DNA of 64,000 bases. Source: Scenedesmus sp. PABB004 (Eukaryota). A program made the position numbers and the translations under genes. Under the pieces are notes generated by a model that saw nothing but the letters and a program-made list of their open reading frames with translations, had not been told where the DNA came from and did not search any database. Shown here piece after piece: positions 47,333-59,751 of this stretch. Within the stretch, counting starts at the first letter, position 1. Each line of letters begins with the position of its first letter. Where the stretch lies: the NCBI GenBank assembly GCA_014905635.1, contig CM026547.1:1922001-1986000 (forward strand), read 5' to 3'.

Positions 47333-48523
47333 TCACCGCCGCGCGTACACGTTGAACAGGCTGCTGCCCGCCAGCTGCGCGTCCTGCTCCACCACGACGT
47401 GCGCAAAGCCCCCACTCTCGCGCAGCAGCCGCAGCACCGCCGCCAGCTGGCCGCCCACGTCGTGCACCTCGAGCGCGACCTGGCGGATGCGCGGCCAGTG
47501 GCGGGGCTGGACGCCGCGCAGCACCTCCAGCTCCGCGCGCTCCACGTCCACCTTGAGCAGGTCCACCGCGGCCAGGCCCTGGCCGTCGATCACATCAGAC
47601 AGCGACACCAGCGGCACGCGCACGCACGACGCCCCCCGCAGCATGACCTGGCGGCGGCGACCGCGGCGGCGGCGGCAGCAGCGCCGTCGGGGCGCACCCC
47701 CCCCCCCCCCGCGCCGCGTCGCGCCCGCCAGCGGGCGCGCCCGCCCCGGTCGCAGCCTGCGCCGCCGCACCTGCTGCACGTACAACCGCGCCAGCAGCCG
47801 GGCGAGCGGCCGCAGCGGCGGCGCGCGCGCCAGCCGCCGCGCCACGGCCACGAGCGCGCGCTGCGCGGGGCTCCAGCCCGCGTCGTCGTCGGCGGCCGCG
47901 GCGCGGCGCGGCGCGTCCACCATGTGGCCCAGGTATGCCTCCATGCCCGCCAGCACCTCGGCATCGTCGCGGCGCAGCGTGGACCAGCCCGCCGCGCCGG
48001 CAAACACCGTCAGCTCCCCGGCCGCGGACCGCCCGTCGCCCGCGGCGGCCGCCAGGACGGTGACGGGCGCGGGCGCCGGCCGCCCCTCGCGCGCGCACAG
48101 CTCGGCGTGCGCGCGCAGGTTGGCCGCCAGCGCGGCGGCCGCCGCGGGCGCGGGCTCCAGCGCGACCACGCGCCCGCCGCTGCCCGCGTCCACGGCAAAG
48201 GCCATCGCGGCGAGGCCGATGTTGGCGCCCACGTCCAGCACCGTGCCGCCGCGCCGCACCGCGACGCCGTGCCGCAGGTAGGTGCGGCGCGCCGCCTCGT
48301 CAAAGAGGAACGCGACCTCCGCGGCCGTGCTCGCGTGCCTCACGACCAAGCCGTTGGGCAGGCGGTGCTGCGGCAGGTGGGCCGCCGCGTCACCAGCGAG
48401 TCCGGCAGCAGCAGCGCCCGCAGCGGCGGCAGCGCGCACGCGCCGCCTGCACCAGCGGCAGGCGGCCGCTGCAGCCGGCGACCACGGCGCGCGGCTCTGT
48501 GGCACCCGCTGCGCGCTCGCCAT
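47333..48523 (-). CDS. FkbM-family SAM-dependent methyltransferase (one likely intron)
   Basis: YLRHGV..TVLDVGANIG, VVALEPAP, LSDVID..VDLLKVDVERAELEVLRG..WPRIRQVALEVH. Confidence 0.88.
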   Translation of the reverse strand: MASAQRVPQSRAPWSPAAAAACRWCRRRVRAAAAAGAAAAGLAGDAAAHLPQHRLPNGLVVRHASTAAEVAFLFDEAARRTYLRHGVAVRRGGTVLDVGANIGLAAMAFAVDAGSGGRVVALEPAPAAAAALAANLRAHAELCAREGRPAPAPVTVLAAAAGDGRSAAGELTVFAGAAGWSTLRRDDAEVLAGMEAYLGHMVDAPRRAAAADDDAGWSPAQRALVAVARRLARAPPLRPLARLLARLYVQQVRRRRLRPGRARPLAGATRRGGGGGAPRRRCCRRRRGRRRQVMLRGASCVRVPLVSLSDVIDGQGLAAVDLLKVDVERAELEVLRGVQPRHWPRIRQVALEVHDVGGQLAAVLRLLRESGGFAHVVVEQDAQLAGSSLFNVYARR

Positions 48524-48681
48524 GCTGCGACGGGGCTGCACGGCGGCGGCGGGGAGGCTGGTGCTGCTGCCGTCCGGGCGCCAGCCGCAAGCAGCGCCTC
48601 AGCCCTGGCCGCGCGACGACGAGGTGGCGACGGCGGCAGTGCTTCCTCGCGAGCAGCGACCGAGCCGAACGGCGCTCTTGG

Positions 48682-48686
48682 TTACA
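48682..48686 (-). terminator. TGTAA polyadenylation signal, probably of the DBH-like gene
   Basis: TTACA on + strand ~330 bp downstream of the stop at 49012. Confidence 0.5.
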
Positions 48687-49011
48687 AGCAGGGTCCCTGT
48701 GCCGCTGCCGCCGCCCGGCCCGGCGCCGCAGCGCCTGTGGCCGGCCGGCCGCACTCGCACGCGCTGCTTCTTATTCGCCGCCACGCGCGCTCACGGCCCG
48801 CGGGCAGGCGCGAATGGGCATTCAGTGAGTCCGCAAACGCGGTCAATACACGCCTGGCGAGTCCTGCGACGCGATCAATACACGCCTGGTGGATATGACA
48901 AAGAAAGGTCGAGGCATGGCACGGAGCCGGCCTGAATCCCAAGCTATGCGCGCAACCGTCATCGCCGCCCTTCGCCCGGCGGCGCCGGCGCTGGCCGTGC
49001 GCTCGTCCCGC

Positions 49012-51117
49012 TCACGCGGGGGGCTTGGCGCTGCAGGCCTCCTTGTAGGGCTTGCTCGTGGCGGTGGGGTCGGGCGCCACCAGCAGCTTGCCCTCGCCCA
49101 CGAGGCCGCGCAGCACGCTTGCGTCCCGGCGCGCCAGCACTTCGTACAGCCCCTCGGGCTCCGCGCCGCACACCGCCACGGGCCGCCCGCCAAAGCTGTA
49201 GCAGAGCCCCGGCGCGTCGCCGGTCGGGGCGGGCACCACGCTGAGCCAAGCGAAGCACATCTCGTCGCTCGTCGCAAAGCCGCTGCGCGTCACGTTGGTG
49301 CGCGCGCGCGAGTCAAACACACAGCGCAGCGTGAGGTCGTCGCCGGGCAGCAGCCGCAGCTGCCGGCCCGTCAGCGGGGCGTTGCCCTGGAAGTTGTAGT
49401 CCCAGCTGCGCAGCGAGCCGATCGGCTCCAGCTCCACGCCGCCCCGGAAGTGGCGGGCCTCGATGCCCGCGCCCAGGCCGTGCATGTGGAAAAACACGTC
49501 CAGCAGCGCCACACCGGAGCGCGGCAGCCTGCGGTTGGGCGGCGCGCCGCGCGGCGGTGCGGCGGCGTGAGCGCGCACGGGGCGGGGGCGCGTGCGGCGC
49601 CGCGCCCCCCTGCTGCTCGCTCACCGCGAGGTGCACTCGGCGGGGCAGACGCTGACGTTGCTCGGCACCGCGGCCTGGCCGGGCGGGATGTTGAGCACGG
49701 GCTGCTGCAGCGTGATGAGCCCGACGTCGTCGCGCCCGGGGGCCTTGGGCGCGTAGTACACGCGAATGCCAGACCCGCTGTCCACCGCGTCGGCCAGGCC
49801 CTCGGGGTTGTCAAAGTGAAGCTCCAGCGCGACCAGCCGCTGCGCGCGGCGGCGGGGCGGCGCCGGCGCGTCGCGCGCTGCCCCGCGACGCGCCGGCCCA
49901 CCCGCCCCGCCGCGCCTGCCCGCCCGCGGCGCGGCACGCGCTGCGCCCCGCACCCTGTTGGGCGTCCCCATGGGCAGGCCCGCGTTGGGCGGGGCGGTCC
50001 AGCCGGTCATGTTTGAGGCGAGCAGCATGTAGAAGTTCTCGCACGCCATCGTAAAGTTGGGCGAGAAGCGGTCGTACGGCCCCCGCGCGCCCGCCGCGAG
50101 CGCCGCCGCGACGCCGTCCGCCGCGCGCCCCGCGGCGCACGAGTAGAGCACGCCGTGGTGCAGCAGGGGCGAGCCGACGATGGGCTCGTAGCGCAGCACG
50201 TGGTACTCCCTGGCGGCAGACGGGGGGAGGGGGGCGCAGGGGGCGAAGGGGGCGCAGGGGGTCAGGCGCGGCGCACCGTCGCGCACCGTCGCGCGCCGTC
50301 GTGCGCGGGCGGCGCGGGCGAAGAGTGCGGCGCGGCGCGCTCGCCTGTCTGCGGGCAGGGTGAAGTACTGCACCAGGTAGGTCGTGCGCTGCGCGGGGAT
50401 GGGGCCCCCAAGCTTGAGCTCCAGCGTGCGCAGCCCCGGCTCGCCCGCCACCGACGCCGCGCTGCCCGGCGCGTTGAGCGCGCGGCCGGCGCGCAGGTCG
50501 ACGAGCACACCCCCGCGCGACGCGCGGCCGTGGTAGCCGAAGCGCGGCCCGTACGCCCACAGCACGTGCAGCGGCGCGGGCCCGAGCGGCAGGTTGCGCG
50601 CGTCGCACGGCGCGACCGCCCGTCGCCACGCCGCGGTGAGGGCGCCGCCGGCGCGTGCCGCCAGGCCGACGAGGCGTAGGTCCTGCGCCGCGTCGGCGGT
50701 CGGCGCGACAAAGTCTGGCGCGAACGCGTCCACCAGCGCCCACCCGCCGGCGGTGCGGTTGAGCAGCGCGACGTCGGCGCCGCGCATGCTGCCCTGCTGG
50801 CTGAGGCCGATGCCCAGGTAGGCGGTGTCGGCCGGCAGCACTGCGTGCACGCCAAACGTGGCCACGCCGCCCGCGATGCCCCAGCGCAGCGCGACGCGGC
50901 CGCCCAGCTCGACGCAGAACGGCAGTGCCGCCAGGCCAGGGAACGCGGCGGCCGCCAGCGCCGACGCCGCGTCGGCGCAGGAGACGCGCGGCGCCGGCGC
51001 GGCGGCGGCGGCCGGCCCAGACGCGGCGGCCGGCGCCGCAGCCGCGGCGCCACCCCGCGCCACGACAAGGAGCACCAGCGCCAGCGCCATCCAGAGCGCC
51101 CCGCGGCGGGCCGTCAT
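49012..51117 (-). CDS. DBH/MOXD1-like copper monooxygenase (signal peptide + DOMON + Cu type II N and C domains)
   Basis: DOMON GIGLS..GSMRGADV; Cu ligands LLHHGV, ELHFDNP, FHMHGLG, DEMC. Confidence 0.9.
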
Positions 51118-51390
51118 GGCGCGAGCTGGCGCCGCGAGCGCGGCGGCAGCGGCGGACGCGGACGAGGGGCGAGGAGGAGGTCTGGCGTCGTGCACGCGGC
51201 TGCGCTCGTGGTGTGTGCGCACGCGCGGTCGTCTGTGTGGGCGAGGACGTGCAGGGCGGCCGGGCCGGGGCAGGGGCGCCCGGCGCCAGGTTTAGTCCGT
51301 CGGCTGACGCACGGCGCAGCTTCCCGCGCCGCCGCCGCGCAGCGCCGCCACTCCTGCCGCCCGCCCGCGCCGTCCCGCAGCCTGGACATC

Positions 51391-52400
51391 ATGAAACGCT
51401 ACCTCATGCAGCCCCCGGCCACGCCCGACGCCGGCAGCGCTGCGAGCAGCAGCGGCGGCGCGCAGCCGGCCCAGGCGCCCGGCGCGACCGCCCCCGCCGC
51501 CGCGCAGCCGGCCGCCAAGAAGGCGCGCGGCGGCGGCGGCGGCGTCAGCGCCGCCGCCGGCGCCACCGCCGCCGCCGGCGCCGCCGGCGCGAGCGCGGCC
51601 GCGCCCGCCGTGGCGCCGACGGCGCTCGTCGCCGGCGGCTGGACCGACCTTGGCGCCGGGGCGCGCGTCGGCTACTTCCCGCGCCACCTCGCGGCCATGG
51701 GCCACCGCATGATGGCGGCGCTGCAGGCCAACCTCGCGTGGGAGCAGCGCGAGGTCAAGATTTTCGGCCAGCTGCGCGCGCAGCCGCGCCTGGTGTATTA
51801 CATGGCCGACCCCGAGCACCGCAGCTACACCTACTCGGGGCTCACGCTGCAGGCGGCGCCGTGGAGCGCGGAGGTGCTGGAGGTCAAGGCCGCGCTGGAG
51901 GCGCTCACAGGCGTGACCTTCAACACCTGCCTGCTCAACCTCTACCGCACAGGTGCGGCCCCCGCCCAGGGCGGCGCGGGCGCGCGACCACGCGCGCGCC
52001 CGCTGCGCGGCGCGCGGCGCGCGGCGCGCGGCGCGGCGGCCGCGCGGCCGCGCCGCGTGCCCACCGTCGCCGCGCTCCGCCGCCGCGCACCGCCGCCGCC
52101 GCCCCGCGGCGCACGCCAGGCAACGATTCCCTTGGCTGGCACAGCGACGAAGAAACGCCCCGCTACGGTCCGGAGCCCAGCATCGGCTCGGTCTCGTTTG
52201 GCGAGACGCGCGACTTTGTCATGCGCCGCACGCGCGACCACGCGGTGCAGATCAAGACGGCGCTCGCGTCCGGCGACGTGCTGGTCATGGCCGGCACCAC
52301 GCAGCGCCACTGGCAGCACTACGTGCCCGTACGCAAGCGCGCGCACGGCGCGCGCATCAACCTTACGTTCCGCCGCGAGCTTGTCCCCGGCGGCGCGTGA
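51391..52400 (+). CDS. AlkB-family Fe(II)/2OG dioxygenase (ALKBH2/3-like)
   Basis: QPRLV, YTYSG, FNTCLLNLYRT/GNDSLGWHSDEE, SVSFG..RDF, WQHYVP, RINLTFR. Confidence 0.92.
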
Positions 52401-52520
52401 GCGGCCCTGCCGGCGGCGCGTGAGCGGCCTGGCAGCGGGTCAGCGGCCTGCCGGCGGCGCGCGTGAGCGGCCCTGCCGGTGCGTGAGCAGCCCTGCCGGC
52501 GTGTGAGCGGCCCTGCCGGC
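52394..52520. repeat. Minisatellite (GCGTGAGCGGCCCTGCCGGC-like unit, about 6 degenerate copies) starting at the AlkB stop codon
   Basis: Directly visible. Confidence 0.8.
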
Positions 52521-53032
52521 GGCGGCGGCGGCGCGCGCGGCGGCGACGGCGGCGGCGCGAGCGGGTCGGGGTGACGCCGCGGCTTTGCGGTTTTGGGTTG
52601 AGCTGCACCGTCGTCGTCGTCGCAGAGTTGTGACTTGTCGCGCGCCCGCGGATTGGGCTGCGCAGCGAGAACGACCTCGCGCAGCAACGACCGGCGCGCT
52701 CCTCACCCGCAGCAGCCAGCGCGCGCGCGCTCCAACCGGCGCGTCAGTCGGAAGGTGAGGCGCACAGCAGGTGGCGTGCGGTCGCAGCGCGAGCAGCCCG
52801 CGCCGGCAGCAGGGCGGGGGCCCTGGCCGATGCGACTGCTCGCGCGCGCACCCGCGGTGCGGTGCGGTGCTCAGGCCTCCCCTCCGCCCCACGAGCTTCA
52901 GGCAGACTGCACGCCGCCCACGAAACCGCAGGCTGCTTGCGCCCGCCGCAGGGCTGCCGGCGCCGCCACCGGTGTCGCACGCACACGCCGCTGGTGCCGG
53001 CGCCGCCAGGTCTGTCGCGCACACAGCTGGCG

Positions 53033-55260
53033 ATGGCGGAGGACTTTGAGCTGGTCGTGCGAGATGGCGCCATCTACTGGGGCAGCGAGCGCGTCAGCAT
53101 CAAGGGTGCGCGCGCGCGCGTCCGGCGGCGCGGGCTGACCCGCCCGCCGGTCGCGCGCCCGCCGGTCCGCCCGACCCTCTGCCCCTCCCCCCTCCCTCTC
53201 CTCCGGCGCGCGGCAGGCGTGAACTTCTTTGGCCTGGAGACCGCCGACTTTGCGCTGCACGGGCTGTGGTGCGCCAACCTGATGACGCTGCTCGACTTTG
53301 TCGCCGCGCACTTCAACGCGGTGCGGCTGCCCTTCAGCGCGGAGCTCGCGCTCAACATGGACGCGCGGCGGCCGGGCAACATCGACTACGCGGCCAACCC
53401 GGAGCTCAAGGGCCTCACCACGGGGCAGGTCATGGACCGCTTCGTGCAGGAGTGCGCGGCGCGGGGGCTGCTCGTGCTGCTCGACCTGCACCGCCTCGCC
53501 GCGGCGGCCGACATCCCGGAGCTCTGGTACAGCGCCGAGTACCCGGAGCAGGCGGTGCTGCAGGCGTGGCGCACCGTGGTGCTCAGGTGCGCGCGCGCGC
53601 GCGCGCGCGCGGGCGCGGGCGGGCGGCGGGCGGCGCGGCGGGCGCGCGCGAGCGGCCGCCGTGCGCGGCTCACGCCAGGGGGGCCGCCGCGCCGCCCCTG
53701 CCGGCGGCGGCAGGTACAAGCCCTGCTGGAATGTGTTTGCGGCGGACCTCAACAACGAGCCCCACGGCTGCGCCTCGTGGGGCGACGGCGTCGTCGCCAC
53801 GGACTGGCGCCTCGCGGCGGAGCGCATCGCCGCTGTCGTGCTGGAGGCCAACCCCCGGCTGCTCATCTTTGTGGAGGGCGTGGAGCGCAACGCGATCGTG
53901 CAGCCCGGCGAGGCCTGCTGGTGGGGCGGGCACTTTGCCGCCGCCGAGAAGGCCCCCGTGCGCCTGCCCGCACAGAACAAGCTCGTGTACTCGCCCCACG
54001 TATACGGCCCAGACGTCTTCGCCCAGGCGCGCGCGCCGCCGGCGCGCACGGGGGCGGGGGCGGCGGCGCCGCGCGCAGCCGCGCCGCCTCGGCTCGCCCT
54101 GCCAGCCCGCTCAGCGCCGCGGCGTGCGCAGGCGTACTTCAGCGACCCCGCCTTCCCCGCCAACATGCCAGACATCTGGCGCCGCCACTTTGGGTGGGGC
54201 ACGCGCCGCGCGCCGGGGCCGCCGCCCTGCCTGTGCGCTCCAGCGCCACGCCGCGCCGGCCCGATCACCCCCCCCCTCTCTCCCCCGCCGCCGCGCGCGG
54301 CCGCCAGCTTTGTGAAGCAGGACGGGCTGGGCCCGGCCATCGTCGCGGGCGAGTGGGGCGGCTGGGCGCGCGCGGGCAGCGCGGACGAGACGTGGCAGTT
54401 CGCGCTCGCGTCGTGGTTTGTGGAGAATGGGGTCGACTCGAGCTTCTATTGGTGCCTCAACCCCAACGTGCGCCACGCTGCCCGGCGCCGCGTCACGGCG
54501 CCGCCCCGGCCCCCGCACGCGCGGCCCACCCAGCGCCCCACGCGGCGGCACTGCCCGCGCCGCGCAGTCGGGCGACACCGGGGCGTGCTGCTGGAGGACT
54601 GGTCCACCCCCAACGAGGGCAAGCTCGCGATCCTGGCCAAGGCGCACCCCAACCCGACGCGCTGGCCGCAGGCCCCTGTCACCCCGCAGGCGCCGCCGCC
54701 AGAGGAGTGCCACGTGCCGGCGGGCGTGGACCCCGCGGCCTGCGCGCCCGCCGCCGCGCCGGCGCCGGCGCAGGGCGGCGGCCAGGCGCCGGCCGCCGCG
54801 CCGGCTGCAGCCACGGGGCCACCGCAGCCGCTGGCGTGCGGCGACGTGCAGGTGGGCTGCGCGCGGCAGGGCGCGGCCGGGCGCGCGCGCGGGCTGCGCC
54901 GGTCCCGCCCGAGGCTGCCGCCGGAGTGGGGCACTGCGAGCGCGCGCGTGCGGGCCCGCCGCGCCCGCGCAGGTGTCCGAGGTCAACTCCTGGGACGAGG
55001 GGGGCGTCGCGTGCCACCAGCTGGAGGTCACGGTTACCAACCCCGGCCCCACCCCCGCGAGCTCCATGTGCCTGCGCGTCGGCTGCGCCGGTGAGCTCGT
55101 CAAGAGCTGGAACTGCACGCCCCTGCCCGACGCGGACGGCTGCTGGTGCTTCGACATGCCCGACTGGGTCGCGCCCGGCGGGCTGGCGGCGGGCGCGTCG
55201 GTGGTGGTGGGGCTCATCGTCAAGGGGGACAAGCCAACCGCCTTCACGCTCGCGCCCTGA
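53033..55260 (+). CDS. GH5 (subfamily 1-like) endoglucanase with C-terminal CBM2/CBM49-like module; probable frameshift at 54580-54583
   Basis: GVNFFGLET, HGLW, FNAVRLPFS, LLDLH, ADLNNEPHG (acid/base), VYSPHVYGP, AGEWGG (nucleophile), FYWCLNPN/SGDTG; C-terminal VNSW..VTVTNPG..SWN. Confidence 0.9.
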
Positions 55261-55645
55261 CCGGCGGCGTCCGCACAAAAGGGAGGGGAAGGGGGCGATC
55301 GGCCCGGCGCGGCGCGGGCTGGCAGGGCGAGCCGAGGCGGCTGCGCGCGCTGCCGTCGCCCCGCCCGGTGAGCGACCTCCGTGGCAACTGCTCGTTACCA
55401 GAGCTGCCGCGGCGCGGCGCGGCGACCGGTGGCTGGTGCGCGCGAGCGGCAGCGCTGCAGCCAGCTGGGCCTGCGCTGGGCATGCCCCTCCCCTCTTGGT
55501 GTGAGCAGACCGCGCCGCACAGCCACACACACACTCTCTCTCCCTCTCTCTCTTGTGCGCGCGCGTGGGCACGCCGCCGCCCCAGGGCGCGAGCGCGCCA
55601 GCGACGCGTGCAACTGCCCAGCGCGCGGCGCGGCGCGGCGCGGCG

Positions 55646-56458
55646 TCAGAGCGCCTCGACGAAGAGCGCGCTGTCGAAGGTGATGCCCACGTCCTGCAGG
55701 CTCTCGCCGCCGCCCTCGACGTACACGCGGCGCGGGAACTGCGTCACGAGGCGGTACCCGCCCGCGCGCAGCCCGCCAGGCGGCGGCGCGCCGTGGGGCG
55801 CGGCGTGGAGCTGCAGATCCACAAAGTCAAACACCGCCTGCAGCGCGTCGCGCCCCCGGAAGCGCCGCCCCTGCCTGCTGCCGTCGGGGAGCCGTACGAC
55901 GACCGTGAAGCCGCCCTCGCCTGGTCCGGGCTCGGGCGTGGCCGCCAGGCGCGCCCGCTTGGCCGCCAGCAGCGCCTCCAGCGCCGCCTGCGCCTCGGCC
56001 GCCGCGCGCTCAGCCGCCGCGGCCGCCTCGCGCTCTGCCTGCGCCTCGGCCTCAGCTGCTGCGGCCGCTGCCGCGACAGACTCCTGCTTGGCCCTGCCGA
56101 GGGAGGGGGGACAGCGCCTGTGCTGAGCGCTGCGGCCGCCAGCGCCCGCGCGCGCCGGCGGTGCACTGGCCCGCCGCCCGCGCCGCCCGCGCCGCCCGCG
56201 CCACCCCCCCCCCCCCCCTCCTCTGTGCGCGCCCCGGCGGCCTGCCCCACCTGTCCAGGGCCAGCGACTCCTCGTACGCCGCGTCCTGCTCCGCGCGCAG
56301 GCTGCGCTGCTCCATCGTGCCCGGCGACAGCGGCGGCGGCGGCGGCCCGCCGGCGGCAAAGTCTGGCAGCCGGCCCTGGTAGGGCACGCCCAGCATGGCC
56401 GCCTCCAGCATGGCCGCCTCCTCCAGGTTGATGCCCGCCAGCGCCAGCTCCGCCGCGA

Positions 56459-56506
<48 letters not shown>

Positions 56507-57464
56507 GCGCGCCCGCAGCGCCGCTGGCGCCGGCGCCGCCGCCGTCAGGCGCCGCGCCGCCGGGGGCCGGGTCGGCCAGCAGCGGCTGGTAGGCTGCCGC
56601 CTGGCGGGCGCGGGCGAGGCCCTGGTAGTGCTGCAGCAGCTGCTGCTGCTGCTGGCGATGGAAGCTGCCGCGGCCCTCGCCCGCCTCGTCGCCGCCGCCG
56701 CCGCCCGCGACCGCCGCCGCGAGCGCCTCCAGCTGCTCGTCGTCGTCCACGGCCATCAGCTCGGGAGGGGCGCCCGCGCCCTCGCCGCCGCCGCCAAAGC
56801 CGCCAGCTGCCGCGCCCGCCGCGGGGCCCAGGCCGTGACCTGCGGGGCAGCGGCGCGCGGCGACGGGGGTCGGCAGGGCGACGGCCCCCGCACCCCGCCG
56901 CCGCGGGCGAGCGCCCGGCCACGCGGCCGCGTCACCTTCGAGGGCGAGCTCAGCGTGCTGCCGCGCCGCCAGCGCGCTCGCCCGCTGCCGCGCGAGCGCC
57001 GCCACTGCGCCATCGTCGTCATTTTCGTCGTCGTCATCGTGAATCTGCAGCCGGCCACGGCGGCTCGGCGGCCGCGGGCAGCGCAGCGGCGGCGCAGCAG
57101 CAGCGCGCGCACCTCGACGACCTCACGCTGCGGCGGGGGTGCTGCGGCGGGCCGACAGCGGCACGTCAGGTATGGCGTGACACGCAGGTGTGCTGGGCGC
57201 CATGCATGCCGCCGCGCCGGGGCGCCGGGGGCGCGCAGCGGGCCCGCGTGGTGGATGCATCCTCCCGAGCCCGCCCCCTGGCGCCCCTGGCCCACCTGGC
57301 GGGCCCTCCTGGATCTGTCCGTGCTCCATATAGAAGTCCACAGCCGCCTCAACGTCACCGCCGTGCGCCTCCAGGTAGTGCGCCGCCACCGTCGGCGCGC
57401 AGCCGGTGATGGCGCAGAACTGCGCCACGCCCTCGTCGTCATGTGCGCCCTCGCCGCCCTCCAT
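55646..57464 (-). CDS. UBA-like + UIM + UBX domain protein (PUX8/13-like)
   Basis: QFCAITG..AAHYLEAHGGDVEAAVDFY; EEAAMLEAAMLG; LRAEQDAAYEESL; VRLPDGSR..RRF..VFDFV..LVTQFPRR. Confidence 0.85.
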
Positions 57465-57808
57465 GGCTCCGGCGCAAGCGGCGCCCGAGCGACGACGGCG
57501 GCGCGCGCGAGCAGCGGCCGCGCGCACGAGCAGCGGCGCGCACGAGCAGCGGCGGCGCGTGCGCTGGCGGCGGCACGGCGAGCAACACAACGCGGTGTGT
57601 GCCGGTGATGGAAGACTCTGCTGGCAAACGACATCGCCGGGCACGCGTTACGACGGTGGCAAAACCTCCCGCGCGACACGACGACTCAACCCCCGCCCGC
57701 AACGCTGGGCCGAATGACCATACATAGACCCTCAGTGTACACCGCGCGCGAGGGCGCCGGACGGCTGCCGGCATGCGTGAGAGGAGGAGCGACGCGACGC
57801 CGCGCGCG

Positions 57809-59420
57809 TCAGCCGACCAGCCAGAACGCGACCTCGCCGCTCGCGTCCCCCGACACCAGCAGCTCGCTCCCGCCCACCGCCAGCGCCTTGACGCCGCTGC
57901 TGTGGCCCGCCAGGGGCTCGCCCAGCGGCGCCAGCACGCGCGCGTCCCACGCGCGCACGAGGCCGTCGTCGCCGCCGCTGAACAGCACGCGCACGGACGA
58001 GGGCGAGCTCGACGCGGGCACCGGCGACGCGCACGACAGCCCGCCGCCGCTGGCCGGCGCGACGGCAGACTCCAGCGGCGCCGCGGCAGCGGGGCTGCCG
58101 CCGGCGGAGGTGCTGGTGCCGCTGCCGTTGGCCGCGCCGACGCCGCCGCTGCTGCTGCTGGCGTCGCCCGTGCTGCTGGCGCCTGCGCCGCTGCTGCCGC
58201 CGCCGCCGCCGCTGCTACTGCCGCTGCTGCTGCTGCTGCTGCCGCCGCCCCCGCTGCTGCTGCTGCTGCTGCTGCCTTTGCTGCCGCTGCCGCCGGCGCC
58301 GGCGCCGCTGCTGCCCGGCGCCAGCACCAGCGCGCGCACGCGCTCGCCCGCGTGGGCTGCCTTTGCCTCCATGACCAGCTCCAGGCTGGTCACGTCCCAG
58401 GCCTTGATGCCGCCGTCGTAGCCGCCGCTGAAGAGCAGGCTGCCCGACAGCGCGAGGCAGGTGATGCGGCCGTCGTGCGCCTTTTCGCGCGCGCCCGCCT
58501 CGCTGAGCTCGCCGCCCTTGCCGAGCGCCCAGGAGCGCAGCGAGCCGTCGGCGCCCGCCGTGAACACGCGGCCGCCGCCCGCGGCGAGCGCGAGGATGTC
58601 GCCCGTGAACAGGCTGGCGCTGGCCACCTCCTTGGGCACGGCGTACGACTCGTCCCAGGCGCGCAGGTGGTTGCAGCCGCACGAGAGCAGGTACTTGCCG
58701 CTGCTCGCCAGCGAGCGCACCCAGCCGGTGTGGCCGTTCATGCGGACCTTGTCGCTGAAGCTGAGGCTGCCCGGCTGCCACGCGGCGACCTCCTTGGCCG
58801 CCAGGCCGCAGTAGATCACGGGAGCCGCGGCCTTGCCGCTCGGCGCGCCGAGGTGCTGCTGGCCCGGCTGCAGCGCAAACACGGGCCCGCCGCCGACCTC
58901 GACCTTGCTGCAACTGAGGCCCGCGTCGCCGAGGTCCTCCTGCGGCCGCGGCGCGGGTCAGACGCCTGCCCGGTGCGCCGCCGACGCATGCACGTGTGCG
59001 GGCGACGCATGCATGTGCGCACCGCCGCCTCACCCCCGTCAGCTCCCAGGTGCACAGCGTCTTGTCCAGCGAGGTGGTGATGACGCGCTTCACGCCTGCG
59101 CGCGCGCCGCGGCGCGGCGTCGCGCGGCCGCCCCCCACGCGCCCGCGTGCGGCGTTCGGAGGCGCCCAGCGCCCCCCACGCGCCGCACCTGGCGAGTCCT
59201 CGAGCACCATGAGGGCGCTGATGGATGCGTCGTGGGCCTTGAGCACGCGCGCCAGGCTCGCTGCCGCGGGCGCACGCGGCGCGGGCGCCGCCGCGACGGC
59301 TGGCAGCACGTCGGTCGACGCGCTGCGCGGGCGCGTCAGGGACCTCTGAAACGGTGGTCGTACCAGGCCGCGCGGGGCTGCACGGCCTGCGCAGCGCGCA
59401 CGCGGCCCCGCGTGGGCCAT
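57809..59420 (-). CDS. WD40-repeat protein with transit-peptide-like N-terminus
   Basis: AHDASISAL, TTSLDKTLCTW, GHTGWVRSL, AGADGSLRSW, AHDGRITCL..SGGYDGGIKAWD, SGGDDGLVRAWD, GHSSGVKAL. Confidence 0.85.
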
Positions 59421-59751
59421 GCTGGTGGCCTCGCGGGCGGGGGCTGGCGCCGCTGCCGCGCCGCTGCCCGAGCGGGGCCGTGTGCTGTCCTGCACCACCA
59501 ATCCCGCGCAATTGAGCAGCGCAATTGCTCTGGGGCTCTGCGGCCGAAAAGCGAGGCCGCGTGCTGCTGGCGGGGAGCGGCGAAGCGCGGCGCTGGGCGG
59601 GGGCGCGTTGCCGAGTTAGGGTGCCACGCGTGACCGGAACGCTGGCAGGTGAGCGGCGCGGCGGCGGCGGGCCGCAGGGTTGTGGGGACGTTGCCGCACG
59701 GCGACGGCCGCGCACGTGCGCGCGCGCATCCGGCGCCTGAGCTCAGGCTAG

